Assembly: GCF_037042905.1 (NCBI RefSeq)
Contig: NC_087252.1
Span: forward strand, 7,690,001 to 7,754,000
Source of the DNA: Lytechinus pictus
Taxonomy: Eukaryota
Reading direction: 5' to 3'
Length of the DNA stretch: 64,000 nt
Below, piece by piece: positions 39,201 through 51,513 of the stretch (the stretch's first letter is position 1; each line of letters starts with the position of its first letter). Below the pieces are notes generated by a model that did not search any database, was not told where the DNA came from, and saw only the letters and a list, made by a program, of their open reading frames with translations. The position numbers and the translations under genes are program-made.

Positions 39201-39536
39201 GGCAGTGTCTTCAGCAATGTGTGAACCGAATGTTGCATCATGGTGTAAATGCAACGGTTTAGAAGGATCCAATGTTGAAGGATTAATATTGGAAGGATCC
39301 AATGTTAAGGGATTTGATGTTGAAGGGTCCGATGTTGAAGGATCCGATGCGGAAGGATCCAATTTTGAAGGATCTGATGTGGAAGGATCCGATGATGATG
39401 GATCCAATAATGGAGGACCCGATGACAAAGGATCCGGTGTCAAAGTAACTATGTTGACTATGTCAATCTCACGTTTTGTAGATCCTTCAGAGACTGTTGC
39501 CTGGACAGCATTGGAGTACCTCTTACAAGATGACAT
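36276..39536 (-). CDS. Multi-C2H2 zinc-finger protein, 1086 aa, about 24 fingers, acidic low-complexity N-terminus
   Basis: Uninterrupted ORF. I count 24 CxxC...H...H/C fingers, some with TGE[KR]P-like linkers. There is an acceptor at 39599-39598 with an in-frame TAA between it and the ATG, so 39536 is the likely start. Confidence 0.93.
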   Translation of the reverse strand: MSSCKRYSNAVQATVSEGSTKREIDIVNIVTLTPDPLSSGPPLLDPSSSDPSTSDPSKLDPSASDPSTSDPSTSNPLTLDPSNINPSTLDPSKPLHLHHDATFGSHIAEDTAPSNHEEKSNAEGVNESSAPSNEPTEVLDPEALKESSSVTMASSVVPVGILLARQVEVVSEDLVREDKDGLTIVDDFSRIPFEEAHIEGVIRQDSNLSQIPSTVHLQPDTCTLLGEVAMEIHIPMNSQLAVGDYAEENHQSEEDKQLYIIEDEVELLDMENRQPSLEPDAPEGDVKKLDINAHSHVKSSIPRVAQEYCCEKCGKTFSKSFNFYRHLKVHSGKKFKCDFCNKVYGYRETLKAHINSCHTEHAFIGVHKCKYCPRYYPSAVRLGVHLRTHKFDKPFSCNECHKTFSSSGGLKRHQIVHSSIKDFYCDTCGLQFSRKRALENHKIIHSSDRTYKCSLCSWVFPDGYSRRTHKCIHYTDRPHGCQFCPKRFKSPSALRTHMKIHTRAKIHSCTKCSFTSGTQSELKMHMRSHWKDSIGDMQTLEKNQCKECGAKFTHASSLRVHERSHSGEMQYICPTCDKPFMYHASWKRHQQIHKGEKAHQCKKCGKGFTKGAYLKRHKNGLCQGHFLNVMKKKKKEREKKSESPQNVALENVNAPMQPKLSVGQSDDIKIEKNNVADKQGHKQFAIDPISVNFELKPFTCEICGKMFKVKQSLQRHLNSHQGKKPFPCDRCGKSYSRRPILKEHLLLVHGVGPTIPLFPCPDCSLSFPSLKRLEKHGRKHTGERPYNCKYCSKAFKETSSLNRHEIIHTGAKPHKCSICNRGFSDRGNLTKHELTHGIRGMDSMENIATWKPFSCQDCGKTFDQLGYLRYHMQMHEQKLSFQCKLCDRRFSKIANLKVHLKSHINKEHQCDACFKSFRKESTLQAHQVNCNNTKKYFVCCKCNRVLCSKDSLQRHERMHLGLKPFKCPACHLSYGDKSTLKRHMVTHKGDGTVFFCKKCDAIFASQESLDEHIGEKSCLELSHVCDKCGKTFTSRRSLAQHFRTHNPKSKTESTPKEKIYVCDLCHSQFPKKKYLSTHKRENKCKI

Positions 39537-40763
39537 CCTCCAGTGATGAAATAAAGTGGCACTAATTTAGATGAATATCCCTTTGTTATGCTTTCCTCTG
39601 CAAGAGAATGAAAAGGAAAGAGAAATATATCAACTCTTTGGATTCCCAAACTTTTACCCTATGCACATTGCCAAATGGCAAGGTATGGAATTTTCAAAAT
39701 ATTATTTTTTTAATTCTTGCATCTATTTCTGTTTTTCGACTTTGGTTGCCATTGTTTTTCTGATAGAGATCATCAGCAACATTTCAGTCATAAATAACAG
39801 GAAATCAATTGCTTTAATCGGCAAAAGTAAAAATATTAAAACATCATTTTGGCAACATATATAGAATTTGAATTCAGTATGTATGAAAAATAAAAAGAGC
39901 CCCTGATATTACCAATTCACTGCGATGTTAAAGCTTATAAAGTTGCAGATTTACGAAATTGGCTGTGAAAAGTACGTAGGCCCCAAAATTTAAAAACAAA
40001 ACAATTTTTGCCTGGTTGTTAGGTTCCAAGGGGAAGTCGATGCTTAAAATCCACACAACTTTATATCACATGGTATTAAAGTAATAATGCACTGTGTGGC
40101 TGGAAGTGCAGAAGGAGGAGGCAATATACATATCTTTTGCAGAGACAAGCAGGCAGACTTAGAAATTAAGAAGCTCAGCATCTTGGGTAATTTTTCTAAT
40201 ATATTTTTTTTTAATTCATACATAATTCTTGCAACAAAATTTAAACTTCCTTCAGAGAAAATTATATGTAACACACAGAGCGAGCTGTGAAATGAAACAA
40301 AAAGTGTCACAATATTGTAAATTTTAGTTTTGAACATAAACTAAAGGTTAGCGATTGATCGTATACTTGATTTTCATGATCGATAGAGAAAGAACTTTAT
40401 GCAAGATTTGCTTACTTTCAGTGTGGGATGATCATTTTCACGATTACTTATAACTGTTTCATTTGACATATTGCGTATAAAGTTGCAGTTTTTGTTTTTG
40501 TTTTTCCTTTGTTATGTACTGTACTTTGTATGGAAGTTTCCTTCTTCCCACTCCTTTTTTAAGTATTATGTCTTTACGTCACAAAGCACTCGTTACAAGC
40601 TTTGCTAGCTTACTGAGTTGTTACCTCTTTGTATCAAATTTTATAAAAGTATTGAAATACCTTTGGAAATAAAAGTTGATTTGAATCGAATGAGTATTGT
40701 GTGGTCAGTGCAATCAATCAATAAACTCCATGAAGACACAGTAAATTCATTGGACTCTTTTAA

Positions 40764-41364
40764 AGGGATGCTCCGGGCTGAAAATAATCAGATTTAAACA
40801 GATTAAGAAAAATCAGACAAACAATACACTGAAAATCTGATCAAAATCGGACAAGGAATAACAAAGTAACATGACATTTTAAAGATTTGCATTATTCCAG
40901 TGATATGGTGATACAGCCATGTCTTCGTGAATATTCAATGAGCAAATTGATTATGGTAAGTCATATCCCCACTTGTTCTTTTGTATTTCATTACATGATA
41001 TTAGGTTTATTCTATTTTTTTCTACCAAGAAATGAAAAAATGGATTGACAACTGATTTAGTGCATTAGATATTCATTGATGCAACTTATTTCATTATAAA
41101 ACAAACACATTATTCACTCATTATAAAAATGAAACAATTATGATTTCTTGTAATAGCATTAAAAAAAAGGAAAGTGGCGATGTGACATCATCAGCCCATC
41201 TAACGAATATTCATGATGACGTGCATAATGCATAAAACTATTTTCACAAAATATTGATAAACTTCAAAATTCAATAACTTCGTTATTTGTTGTCAGATTT
41301 TGATTATTTTCAGCATTTTACTCTGTTTATTCAAATATAAATATTTTCAGACAGGAGTACCCCT
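40764..41364. mobile_element. Kolobok-type MITE, same family as 2086-2662
   Basis: TTAA|AGGGATGCTCCGGGCTGAAA ... TTTCAGACAGGAGTACCCCT|TTAC; internal homology to 2086-2662. Confidence 0.8.
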
Positions 41365-43584
41365 TTACTTCACATGTATGATGTAGGAACAAATTAAATT
41401 TCAATTCATACTTCGAACCACTCCACAACTAGTAGCACTTCATGATAGCGTGATACCAATGCTGGTATTTTGCAAACAAATTTAGATACAGATATCAAGA
41501 TATTCTTCCCTTGTCATGATTCACTTTCCCAGCTAGTTGCCAATCTAAAATTTACATTGGAATGGCAGCCAGCTTGGCCTGGGATCTCAATTTTACAAGA
41601 GCCAGCCCATACTGCCATATCCAAAATGCTCATGATGATGCTTGTTCGATTTCTTTCAAAATTTCATAGTCTAATGCTGTTTCTGTTTTTCTACTCTCTC
41701 ACGTAATTTTATGACCAAGGTTGGATTACCCTTTTAATAAAGCACGGGCTTGTTGTATGAAAGGGTCTTTCGTAGAACCGTTCTACAATGTATGTAAGAA
41801 CGAGATATCGCTCAACTGTTTCACAAAGCCAATTTGGGCGATACGAAGAATGGTCCTTGGAAAGACACATCCAGACATGTCCTACGTAGGCATGATCTTC
41901 TTTGGACACCGCCCGCCACCGTCGGCATTGAGAGAAAATGCGTTTACGGCAAGCCACACTGACATATCACCTTTAAACATTTTTGGGGGTCATTCGATTG
42001 CTCTCTGATGCATCTGGGATGGCGCCAAGTTATTTTTTCTTTTATTCTCCCTCCTTCTTATCCCCACCCTTTTTCCATTTTTTAAAAATTAAACTTAAAA
42101 TATCAAAATGTGCGGCAATTTCTCTGACCCCTCATGCTTTCTCATTAGACAACATGAAAACAAAGTTTAAAAAAAAGAAATTGTTTATGGTAAAAACGTG
42201 TTTATAACGTTCAGCAAAAAGAAAAGACACGATACAAAACTTAGATGTTAAACATGCGAAATCATTTATTCATTTTTATTTCATTTTCATTATAATTATT
42301 TTTTGGCTGAGATTAATTTTATTCAATGAAAATTAATTGTTGGATTTGGGCTAACTTTTATTAATGAAAATAAAAAAATCTGCAGTAACAAAATAGCTTA
42401 TTGAATTTAAGATACAGATTATGCCTATTATAGCTTCATGAATCCATCACAATCATTGTGAAGACAAGTTAATTGTACCTATAAAAGAAAAGATTATGGA
42501 AAGTCCATAAGAGGCGAATTTTAAATCGTAGGGTAGGCCCTATCGGCCCATATGTCATGTTAAAGCAATAATGTAGTCTCGACTCCTTAAATTTGAAATG
42601 TTGAACATATATATTTTTTAGATTCTTAAAGCTTATATCTTATATTAACTTCCATAAAGTGATCAACTTTAAATATGACCAACGTTTATGATCGTTGTCA
42701 TTTTTAGCATTATTTCTGTTAATAGTATTTTTTCCAATGCGGATTGATTCACACACTTTTTTTATGTTGTAATTATTATTGCAAAGTTCTACTTTAATCA
42801 CTTGGACATGTTTGCAGCAATTTTCATATTTCACTTGTCTTCGGTTACTCATCATGCAAAGGTATGTTTATACTCTATAAACATTCACATTTGTATTTCT
42901 TGCGTTATATCTGACAAAGAAAATATATAATTAGATTTTTCACACGCAGCCTCTCATATCCTCCTCTTTACTCTCATACAATCAGACACCGTTGATTTTT
43001 TTTTACTCCATTCAAACCCTATTTTTACCTCAACAAATAACATTTAACGCATATTTTTGCAAAATCATTATAAATAAGTATTCTATAAAAATTCAAAATA
43101 TTGAACCAATACAATGTCGAAATTACTTAGTTAATTCAATTCTTATGTCGGACAAGGGTCTCTTTCGTTGAAATATCAATGAAAGGTGTCTCTAAAAGGA
43201 CACCGTGTTCTAAATAAGGGAAATAATGAAAATTTCTATTTTATCCAGTTATGTTTGTGAATCTTTAGTTTTTTAACCTCATAAAGTAAGCTCCATACAT
43301 CAATTGTACAATCAGTAATAAATAAAACCTTTTTTTTATCTCCATTTATTGAAATATACGATTTTACGAAAAGTCGTCATTCCAAAATAAAAGGTTCAGG
43401 TGACGATGAAGACTAAATATTTTTCTGATACTACCGATATCAAACTATTTCGCAGACTTGGATCGGAAGACAAAATTGCCTTCGTGAAACGGAGAGCGCT
43501 GATTTGTCGCCAATCTTCCTATCTTGGAAGAATGGTCCTACTTCTAGGAAGTTCCTACGTATCGCTCATCTCGTCGTTTTTTTT

Positions 43585-43783
43585 TTTTTTTTTAAACAAG
43601 TGCACATCTAGTTTCCAATAATGCATATAGCATTTCCATTTATTTGAAAGCAGGATAAAAAGAGCATTGTAGATTAAATGCCTTGCTCACGGGCATAGGT
43701 GCCGCGGCCGGGGATCGAACCCAGGACTTTCCATGGACCATTACTTTTTAGCCAGGCGCCTTAGACCACTCGGCCATGGCACC
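43585..43783 (-). mobile_element. tRNA-derived SINE
   Basis: Minus strand GGTGCCATGGCCGAGTGGTCTAAGGCG (A box) ... GGGTTCGATCCCCGGCCG (B box), followed by a non-tRNA body (GAGCAAGGCATTTAATC) and an A-rich tail. Confidence 0.75.
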
Positions 43784-44137
43784 TCAACAGGCCCCACGAC
43801 TAGCCTGGACTGCTGGAGGCGTCTGGGTGGGGGGGGGGGGGGAGTAAGTGTACGTTAGTACTATGATTTTTACTCCCCAGACGCCTCCAGGCTAGGCAAC
43901 CCACGACTCCACAAATTCCCGCAGCTCAGCCTCAAGGCGATCGAGAAACTCAGAAAGCGTCTAAGACTAGGCCTATACTATCTAAATAATCTATAGCGAC
44001 TGGTTGTACAAAGCTGACACAAAATCACATACGTGGGACCGTTTAAAAAATCAACAGATCTATTGTCATTAATATCAATTTTAGATATTGCTCCAAATCT
44101 GTTACAGAATTCAGATCGAAATTTTAAATCGGCTTAC

Positions 44138-44300
44138 CTTTTTCAGCGTTGATATATTTTACATCGGCACATTTTCCCTAAAAGATTCCTTTTAAAATGA
44201 GAATTTTTGTATAGGACAAGGGAAACGCACAGCACAGCCACAGTCACAGAACAGCAAAGTTTTCCCAGTCGTCGATATATGTTGACGTTGACGTCATTAC
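44138..44300 (-). promoter_or_regulatory. Probable promoter and non-coding first exon of the zinc-finger gene
   Basis: Donor AAG|GTAAGC at 44138/44137 would pair with the acceptor at 39598. A perfect CRE palindrome TGACGTCA lies at 44289-44296. The pairing is inferred. Confidence 0.5.
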
Positions 44301-44928
44301 GTATACCAGCTCTTGTACTTGTCTGTTTGATTTATGTTTTGAGCTTTTTGAAGAGTTAGAAAATCTTAATGTATTGGTGAAATCCACTATAATATCCAGA
44401 CAAATTTCCTTTTATTTATCCATTTTATTTCCGTTCTTTGAGTTTTTCTTCTTCACTTCCCATTTTTCCCTTCGATGATTATCATCAAAGGCAAAGCTAG
44501 GGTTGCAAAATTCTTGGGAATTTTCGCGGTGCGGAAACTTTCCATGGTAATAAACGGGAATTTATTGGGAATTTTCGGCAATTTTCGGGAATGTTCAAGA
44601 AGTGTTGGGAATTTTCAAGAAATGTTGGGAATTTTCAAAAGGTAGCAATTTTCTGATATTTATATACAGGAATTGAAAGGATTGCCCTGGCAGATGATGC
44701 TTGATTGTGCTTTGTCATAAAGTTTCAAGCCAAATATTATGCAAAGACAGTCAGACAAGACAGAATTTCATGTAAAAGTTGATTACTGTATTATTGGCTG
44801 AATGGTACAGTAGGCCTACATGCGATGGCAGTACACTGCAAATGCTTTACACAAAGGATATACATTGTTCATAGATTGATGCCTCTTAATTGAATTCTCA
44901 TCTTTTTTCAGATGAGAATCATTATTAA

Positions 44929-45536
44929 AGGACAAGTCCACCCCAACAAAAAGTTGATTTGAATAAAAAGAGAAAAATCCAACTAGCATGTGCACAATGC
45001 TGAAAATTTCATCAAAATCAGATGCAAAATAAGAAAGTTATGATATTTTTAAGTTTTGCTTAATTTCACAAAACAGTTATATGCTCATTCCGGTTGGTAT
45101 GCAAATGAGGGAACTGATGACATCACTCACTCACTATTTCTTTTGTATGTCATTATATGAAATACGAAATATTCTAATTTTCTCCGCATTGTCCTGTGGA
45201 ACAAAGTTTCATTTCTCCCTGAATGTGTGGAATTACCATTGTTTAACATTTTATGGTTCAGTCAAGTTGGTCCTTATTGTCAAATCTGTAAAAATTGAAA
45301 TATTGTATAATTCAAACAATAAAAAAAAAGAAATTGTGAGTGAGTGACATCATCGATTCTCTCATTTGCATGCGACTAAATTGCGCATGTAACTATTTTG
45401 TGAAAAATAAGCGAAACTTAAAGGTCATAACTTTTTTTATTTTACATCCGATTTTGATGAAATTTTCAGCATTATGCTTGTCTGATTTTTCTCTATCAAT
45501 TCAAATCAACATTTTTTTCTGAGGTGGACTTGACCT
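44929..45536. mobile_element. Kolobok-type MITE, fourth family
   Basis: TTAA|AGGACAAGTCCACC ... GGTGGACTTGACCT|TTAA; long inverted arms. Confidence 0.82.
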
Positions 45537-48500
45537 TTAATAATAATTATGACATTATTGTTGTTATTAGCATTATATTATTATATTATCATTTATTTCT
45601 GCATAGCAGAAGTGAGAACTTGGTGCTGTTTGCAGCGTTAATTTGATGAGTATAAATGCAGTTTTCTGGTTCAAGCTTAAAGGTAAATTGTGTCATTGGT
45701 TTATTTCAAAACTTTCTTTTAAATTTCACTCTTTGCTTTCCACGATATTTATAAACAAGTTCTGAGTCCATACAATGTATTGCATTGGCCAGAAAGAACT
45801 GTTTATATTCTCAAAAAAATATATAAAGATGAGAAGATTTGCCGAGTGAGCTTTTTTTTATTTATTTTTCGAACTAACATAAAAAATGAAGAGCGCCACC
45901 TTGAGACCAAATGACATCAATACCTGCTCATGAATATTCATATCTCTAGCTCTCGCCTCTGCGCGAGTCTCAATCAAGTGCCGATGCACGGTACAGACGC
46001 ATGGGCGGGTACGGAGTCTGTACACCGTGAATGCACGGGTTTCTTTCCCGGTTTCTATTGCATTTCGTAGAAAGCGTGTACATTGAAAACAAAGTCTGAC
46101 GGCTTTTTCCTTGCTTTCATCTTTGCTTCGTTGATTTGTATTGTTTCTCTATTTCTCCAGGGTATGGAGGGAGGGAGGGAGGGAGAAAGGTGCAAGGGAG
46201 AGAAAGGGCTATATTCTTATTTATTATATTTTTTCTAGTTTTTTATATGTATTTTTGTTTTGTTTCCAATTCACTGAATTGTTATCATTTTCTTCAGGTT
46301 CTGTATTTTGATGTGTTCATTATTATCACGTGTAGTACGTTGTAATTTCTTAATTGTTTGAATAATAGGCCTATGCTACATTTTTTTTAAAGGAAAAATT
46401 AGAAATCATTTTGTATTGAACTAGCTTGGCCGCCAATTTCGTTATTTGCTTTGTGTGTCCTATAGCTCTCCACCACTGAATTCGTGTATTGTGTCCTGAA
46501 AATTGACGGATCCATGCAGCACGTGCCGGCTGTGCCCCCGCCCCCCCCCTTCAGAGGCACAATCAATATTTCTTATGTAAAAATCTATCGATATAATCAT
46601 TTTTTTTTGCTTGTCAAATTTTCCTCGGGAAAATGTGACCCCCCCCCCCCCTTTGAAAAATCCTAAATCTGCCTCTGATCATAACGGTACGTAGGGCCTA
46701 TGGTGCACCGGGTATAGCGACTTCAGTTCCGTAAACTGTTCTCCCAGCGGGCCATGCTGATACCCCGGCTTTAATAGCTGGGCTAACTGCGCTCAAGCAT
46801 TTGAATTAGTATATGGTAGTTCCCTTGTTTGTTTTACTAAGGCCTGTTTTTGTTTATATCGATTAGCTGATATTTCTTTAATTTGATATGAATAATACCT
46901 TTTTATTGTAATCGCTATTTTACTATGTTTTCCCAGGTCAAAAAACCAGTTAAGGACCAGTTCATCCAACTGGTACTGGTACCAGTTGATTCCAGTTAGC
47001 GAACTGGATTCAATATGGAAATTGGAATACTGGAATCAACTGGATTCAACTGGAATCCAGTTGACAAATTGTAACTGGTACCAGTTGGAAATACCAGTTG
47101 GCAACTGGTCCTAACTGGTACCAGTTAGCAACTGGTACCAGTTGACAACTGGTCCTAACTGGTACCAGTTAGGACCAGTTGGAAACATGAGTTGTCAACT
47201 GGTGCCAGTTAAAACCAGTTGGAAACACCAATTGTAAACTGGTGCCAGTTAGGACCAGTTGGAAACATGAGTTGTCAACTGGTGCCAGTTAAAACCAGTT
47301 GGAAACACAAATTGTCAACTGGTGCCAGTTAGGACCAGTTGGAAACATGAGGTGTCAACTGGTGCCAGTTAAAACCAGTTGGAAACACCAATTGTCAACT
47401 GGTGCCAGTTAGGACCAGTTGGAAACATGAGTTGTCAACTGGTGCCAGTTAAAACCAGTTGGAAACACCAGTTGTCAACTGGTGCCAGTTAGAACAAGTT
47501 GGAAGCACCAGTTAGGACCAGTTGGAAACATAAATTGTCAAGTGGTACCAGTTAGAAACACCCTGCAATGTATAGCATAAACAAAAATGAATCATGTGGA
47601 TATGTACATTCCCGATCTTTTACTCTTCTCATATAATCACTCCTTCGTTTTCCTTGCGCACACACACATTATAATATTGGTACCAACACACCCCCCCCCC
47701 CTCTCAGGCGGTTATTTCAATTATAAATTATCTTCAATAATCTTTACATTGAATGTCCACTCCTGTTATAACAATGTGCATGGACAAGTGAAATAATTAT
47801 CCTTGCACATAGGACTGATGAAATGAATCAAGGTAAATTTGTAGCATTGTATTGAAACCTTGTTAATTTCCACATGCACAATATAACAGGATTGGACTGT
47901 AAACTTGCTCTGGTAAATCAATCCCTCAGTCTCTTGAAATCTGTACCAAAAAACATCAGAGAATGACAAAAGTCACAAAAAACATCTATATGGTATTTAA
48001 ACTAGGAATTTAATGAAAGAAAATTATGTTACAAACTGTAACATGCTGTGTATAATTCTTGTATTATGTGTCAACAAAGATCATTAACTTACACAGTAAA
48101 TATGTAGTCAATCCAATTTTTACATGCTAGCTTGGAGACAAAATTTGAATATAATGCATCTAAGCATTTACCTTCAATAAATAATATGTACTATTTTTAA
48201 AGGAATGATAAAGGAGTCTTTTTTTAATTATTATTTATTGAGATCTTGGGGCCCTCACTGGCTCTGAAGAGGAAACGTGAAACAGGTACCTTCCTTTCCT
48301 GTAGTGGCACTTGATCTTTGCTGGTAGATGCGATGTATCTGAAGATTAGAAAAAAAAACCAACGGAATGAAAAATAATAAGTACAGTGAATACCGTAATA
48401 CAAAATTTCAGTGGTGTAAAATTATATCTGCACATAAAGAAAATACATGGGATAGTGAAACTTCTCTAAGTTCCATATTTCAATGATTCAATTATAAATG

Positions 48501-48920
48501 ATAGACAGCACATCATCATTTTTATTACAACATGTATAGTAAGTTCACATGGTCTTGGGAATACTTCTGAAATTGACATCGCAGAGATAAAATTGCCTCG
48601 ACCTTATACCTATACATTTATTTTAATAATAAAGACTTAGACTATGTATGTTTGCATATATGTATCTAGGAGTCTATGTTGCACATTATCTGCTAACATC
48701 TGATGGGTATTTCATGATTGTCAGTGCCGACTATTTCAGTGAAATCATTGCTTTTGATTGGCTGAGAAGCACTGGCCTCTGACTGTTACTATGGTAACTG
48801 TCGGAAAAAGACAACTTGTTAATGCTGACAACTTTCAAAAAGCAGTTCCCAGAACATATTTAAAAACGCAAGACAAAGCAAAAAAAAAAAATGAAATACA
48901 AAATTTTATCAGAGGATTAA

Positions 48921-49507
48921 AGGGATGGTCCGGGCCGAAAATATTTACATCTAAATAATACTTGAGTAAAATTCACAGAGCAAAATGATGAAAATTTCAT
49001 CAAAATAGGATAACAAGAAGTTATTGAATTTTAAAGTTTATCAATATTTTGTGAAAACAGTTGTATGCACTTCGTCATGAATATTCATTAGGTGGGCTGA
49101 TGTCACATCTCCACTTTCCTTTTTTTTATGTTACTAGATGAAATCATAAATGTTTGATTTTTTCATACATGTGTAAATGATGCGTCTCCATTGTAATGAA
49201 ATAAGTTGCGTCAATAACTAATGCACCTAATCAGTTGTCAATCCAATTGTCAATAGTTCTTGGTTAAAAATATCTTAATAAACCTAATCTCATATAATAA
49301 AATACAAAAGGGCAATTGGGATATGACATCATCAGCCAACCTAATGAATATTCATAAAGACATGCCTAGAACTACTTCACCGGAATAATGCAAATCTTTA
49401 AAATTCAAAACCTTAATTAATTATCAAATTTTGATCAAGTTTTCAGCATTTTGCTCTGTGAATTTTACTCTATTTATTGAGATATGTTTCCAGCCTGGAC
49501 CATCCCT
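48921..49507. mobile_element. Kolobok-type MITE nested in the 8.1-kb element
   Basis: TTAA|AGGGATGGTCCGGGC ... GCCTGGACCATCCCT|TTAA; same family as 2086-2662. Confidence 0.82.
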
Positions 49508-49806
49508 TTAATTCTACTTCTACGGTACCCCCACACATACTGGTAAGTCAGAGGTAAAAAACAACGAGAACCAATTTAATTTCAAAGATAAAAAAATACT
49601 TCAGCCTCCAGATTTAAGGAAAAATTCAGGAAATGTTATTTTAGTTCAGACTAATTGTGCACGTTTCATTTCGGAGGTCAATCTGAAATTATACTTCCAG
49701 TTCCAAATTCACGCCATTTGGTTATGCAAAAGCATGAATTAAAATTGATGGGCCTGGGCCCATGTCACTGGCTAGCCTAGAGGACTCCATGAAGATAATT
49801 TTATCA

Positions 49807-50855
49807 TTTTTACATTGTATTTTCATCACGGAGCCTAGACAAGCCTCCTATAAGGTTGCTCGTACAACTGTGTAAACAAAGATAGATTTCCCTCGGAAAT
49901 CCACCTTTCCCATAATGATTTTTGGGCAAACATTAATTTTTTACATTTTGTAAGCCTTGATACTCTAAATGTGTACAAAGGCTTAAAAAAAAATTAATTG
50001 TAAAATGTACAAATTGGAAATTTTCTTACAAAAAGGATCACTTGCTTGCAGATCTTGTCCTCACTGCCTCTGAAGAGTTCACGTGCGACAGGTACATTCC
50101 TTTCCTCTACTGGCACACATTCTTTGCTGGTAGATGCGATGTATCTGAAGAATTTTTTTCAAAAACAATGGAGAGAAAAATAATCAGTACAGTGAACAAC
50201 AGCGAATAACAAATACGTATATATTACAGTGAATAGCAATACATGTCTACACCTAAGGCGGGCAAGGGTTACTACAGAGTGTTGTAAAATTCCATTTGCA
50301 CTTTAAGAAAAATACATGGGATTGTGAATCAATTTTTACATTGTATTTTCATCACGGAGCCTAGACAAGCCTCCTATAAGGTTGCTCGTACAACTGTGTA
50401 AACAAAGATAGATTTCCCTCGGAAATCCACCTTTCCCATAATGATATTTGGGCAAACATTAATTTTTTACATTTTGTAAGCCTTGATACTCTAAATGTGT
50501 ACAAAGGCTTTAAAAAAAATTAATTGTGAAATGTACAAATTGGAAATTTTCTTACAAAAAGGATCACTTGCTTGCAGATCTTGTTGTCCTCACTGCCTCT
50601 GAAGAGTTCACGTGCGACAGGTACATTCCTTCCCTGTACTGGCACACGTTCTTTGCTGGTAGATGCGATGTATCTGAATAATTTTTTTAAAACAATGGAG
50701 AGAAAAATAATCAGTACAGTGAACAGTGAATAAAAATACGTCTATATTACAGTGAATAGCAATACATGTCTACACCTAAGGCGGGCAAGGGTTACTACAG
50801 AGTGTTGTAAAATTCCATTTGCACATTAAGAAAAATACATGGGATTGTGAATCAA
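49807..50855. repeat. Tandem duplication of about 526 bp; older third partial copy at about 48240-48590
   Basis: 49807-50332 matches 50333-50855; the block CTTTGCTGGTAGATGCGATGTATCTGAA occurs three times. Confidence 0.9.
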
Positions 50856-51324
50856 TGATTCAACTATAATGATAAACAGCACATCATCATATTTATTAAA
50901 AAAATGAGTAAGTTCACTTGGTCTTGGGAATACTTCTGAAATCGATGTCGCAGAGATCAGTCCTTCATGTTTATAATTCCATGGAGCTCAATAAATGGCT
51001 CTCCTTATGCCTCCAAATTTGCTTTCCTAGACACACTCAATTTTATAAAATGCTCAATTGTTGTAGATTGTTATTAAAATTGTAAATGCAACAGCTGTGT
51101 AGCTATTAATTAATCTGTGGTGAAACTAGGCTTGGGTCATGTACAAAAATATCGCGCTCCTCAAAAAAAAATTATAAGTAGGGTGTCCGAACTCATATTA
51201 GGCCTAAAAAAAGTGCTAGAATTTCATATTTTACATCTTTAAAACCATTAAATCACCATCTCGTTTCCATAATTCTCATAATAGAGGATACACAAAGACC
51301 CCAAAAGAAAACTTGACATCTGAA

Positions 51325-51513
51325 TTACCTAACTTACAGCCTCCTCATATGGAGGGCAGCAACGAAGTATTCGGATCTCCACTCCCGAGTCCTGGTGGTT
51401 TTGAGCTGGGCCTTCTTCTGGAAACTACCGGTACCCCAGGTCATGTTCACTGACTTCATCTCCTCCTCGAGGCTCAGTATGACTCCAGGTGGTTTTGGGT
51501 CTCCCTCTCTCCT
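51325..51513 (-). mobile_element. 3' fragment of an RTE-clade LINE
   Basis: Minus strand encodes RGRPKTTW, EEEMKSVNMTW, KKAQ and EWRS..FVAALH across a frameshift, resembling the RTE ORF C-terminus; followed by a GTAAGTTAGGTAA tail. Confidence 0.6.

Noticed and set aside
36810..39546. Plus-strand and alternate-frame ORFs overlapping the zinc-finger gene
   Set aside because: They are shadow ORFs of the real coding sequence
43700..43783. tRNA gene
   Set aside because: A and B boxes are present, but the anticodon region is disrupted and the sequence continues into a SINE body
43801..43894. TAGCCTGGA...TCCAGGCTA mini inverted-repeat element
   Set aside because: The inverted ends are real, but the flanking duplication is not clean, so it was not classified
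46945..47555. CRISPR-like regular palindromic repeats
   Set aside because: There are no unique spacers or cas genes, the context is eukaryotic, and the repeats are explained as transposon subterminal arrays
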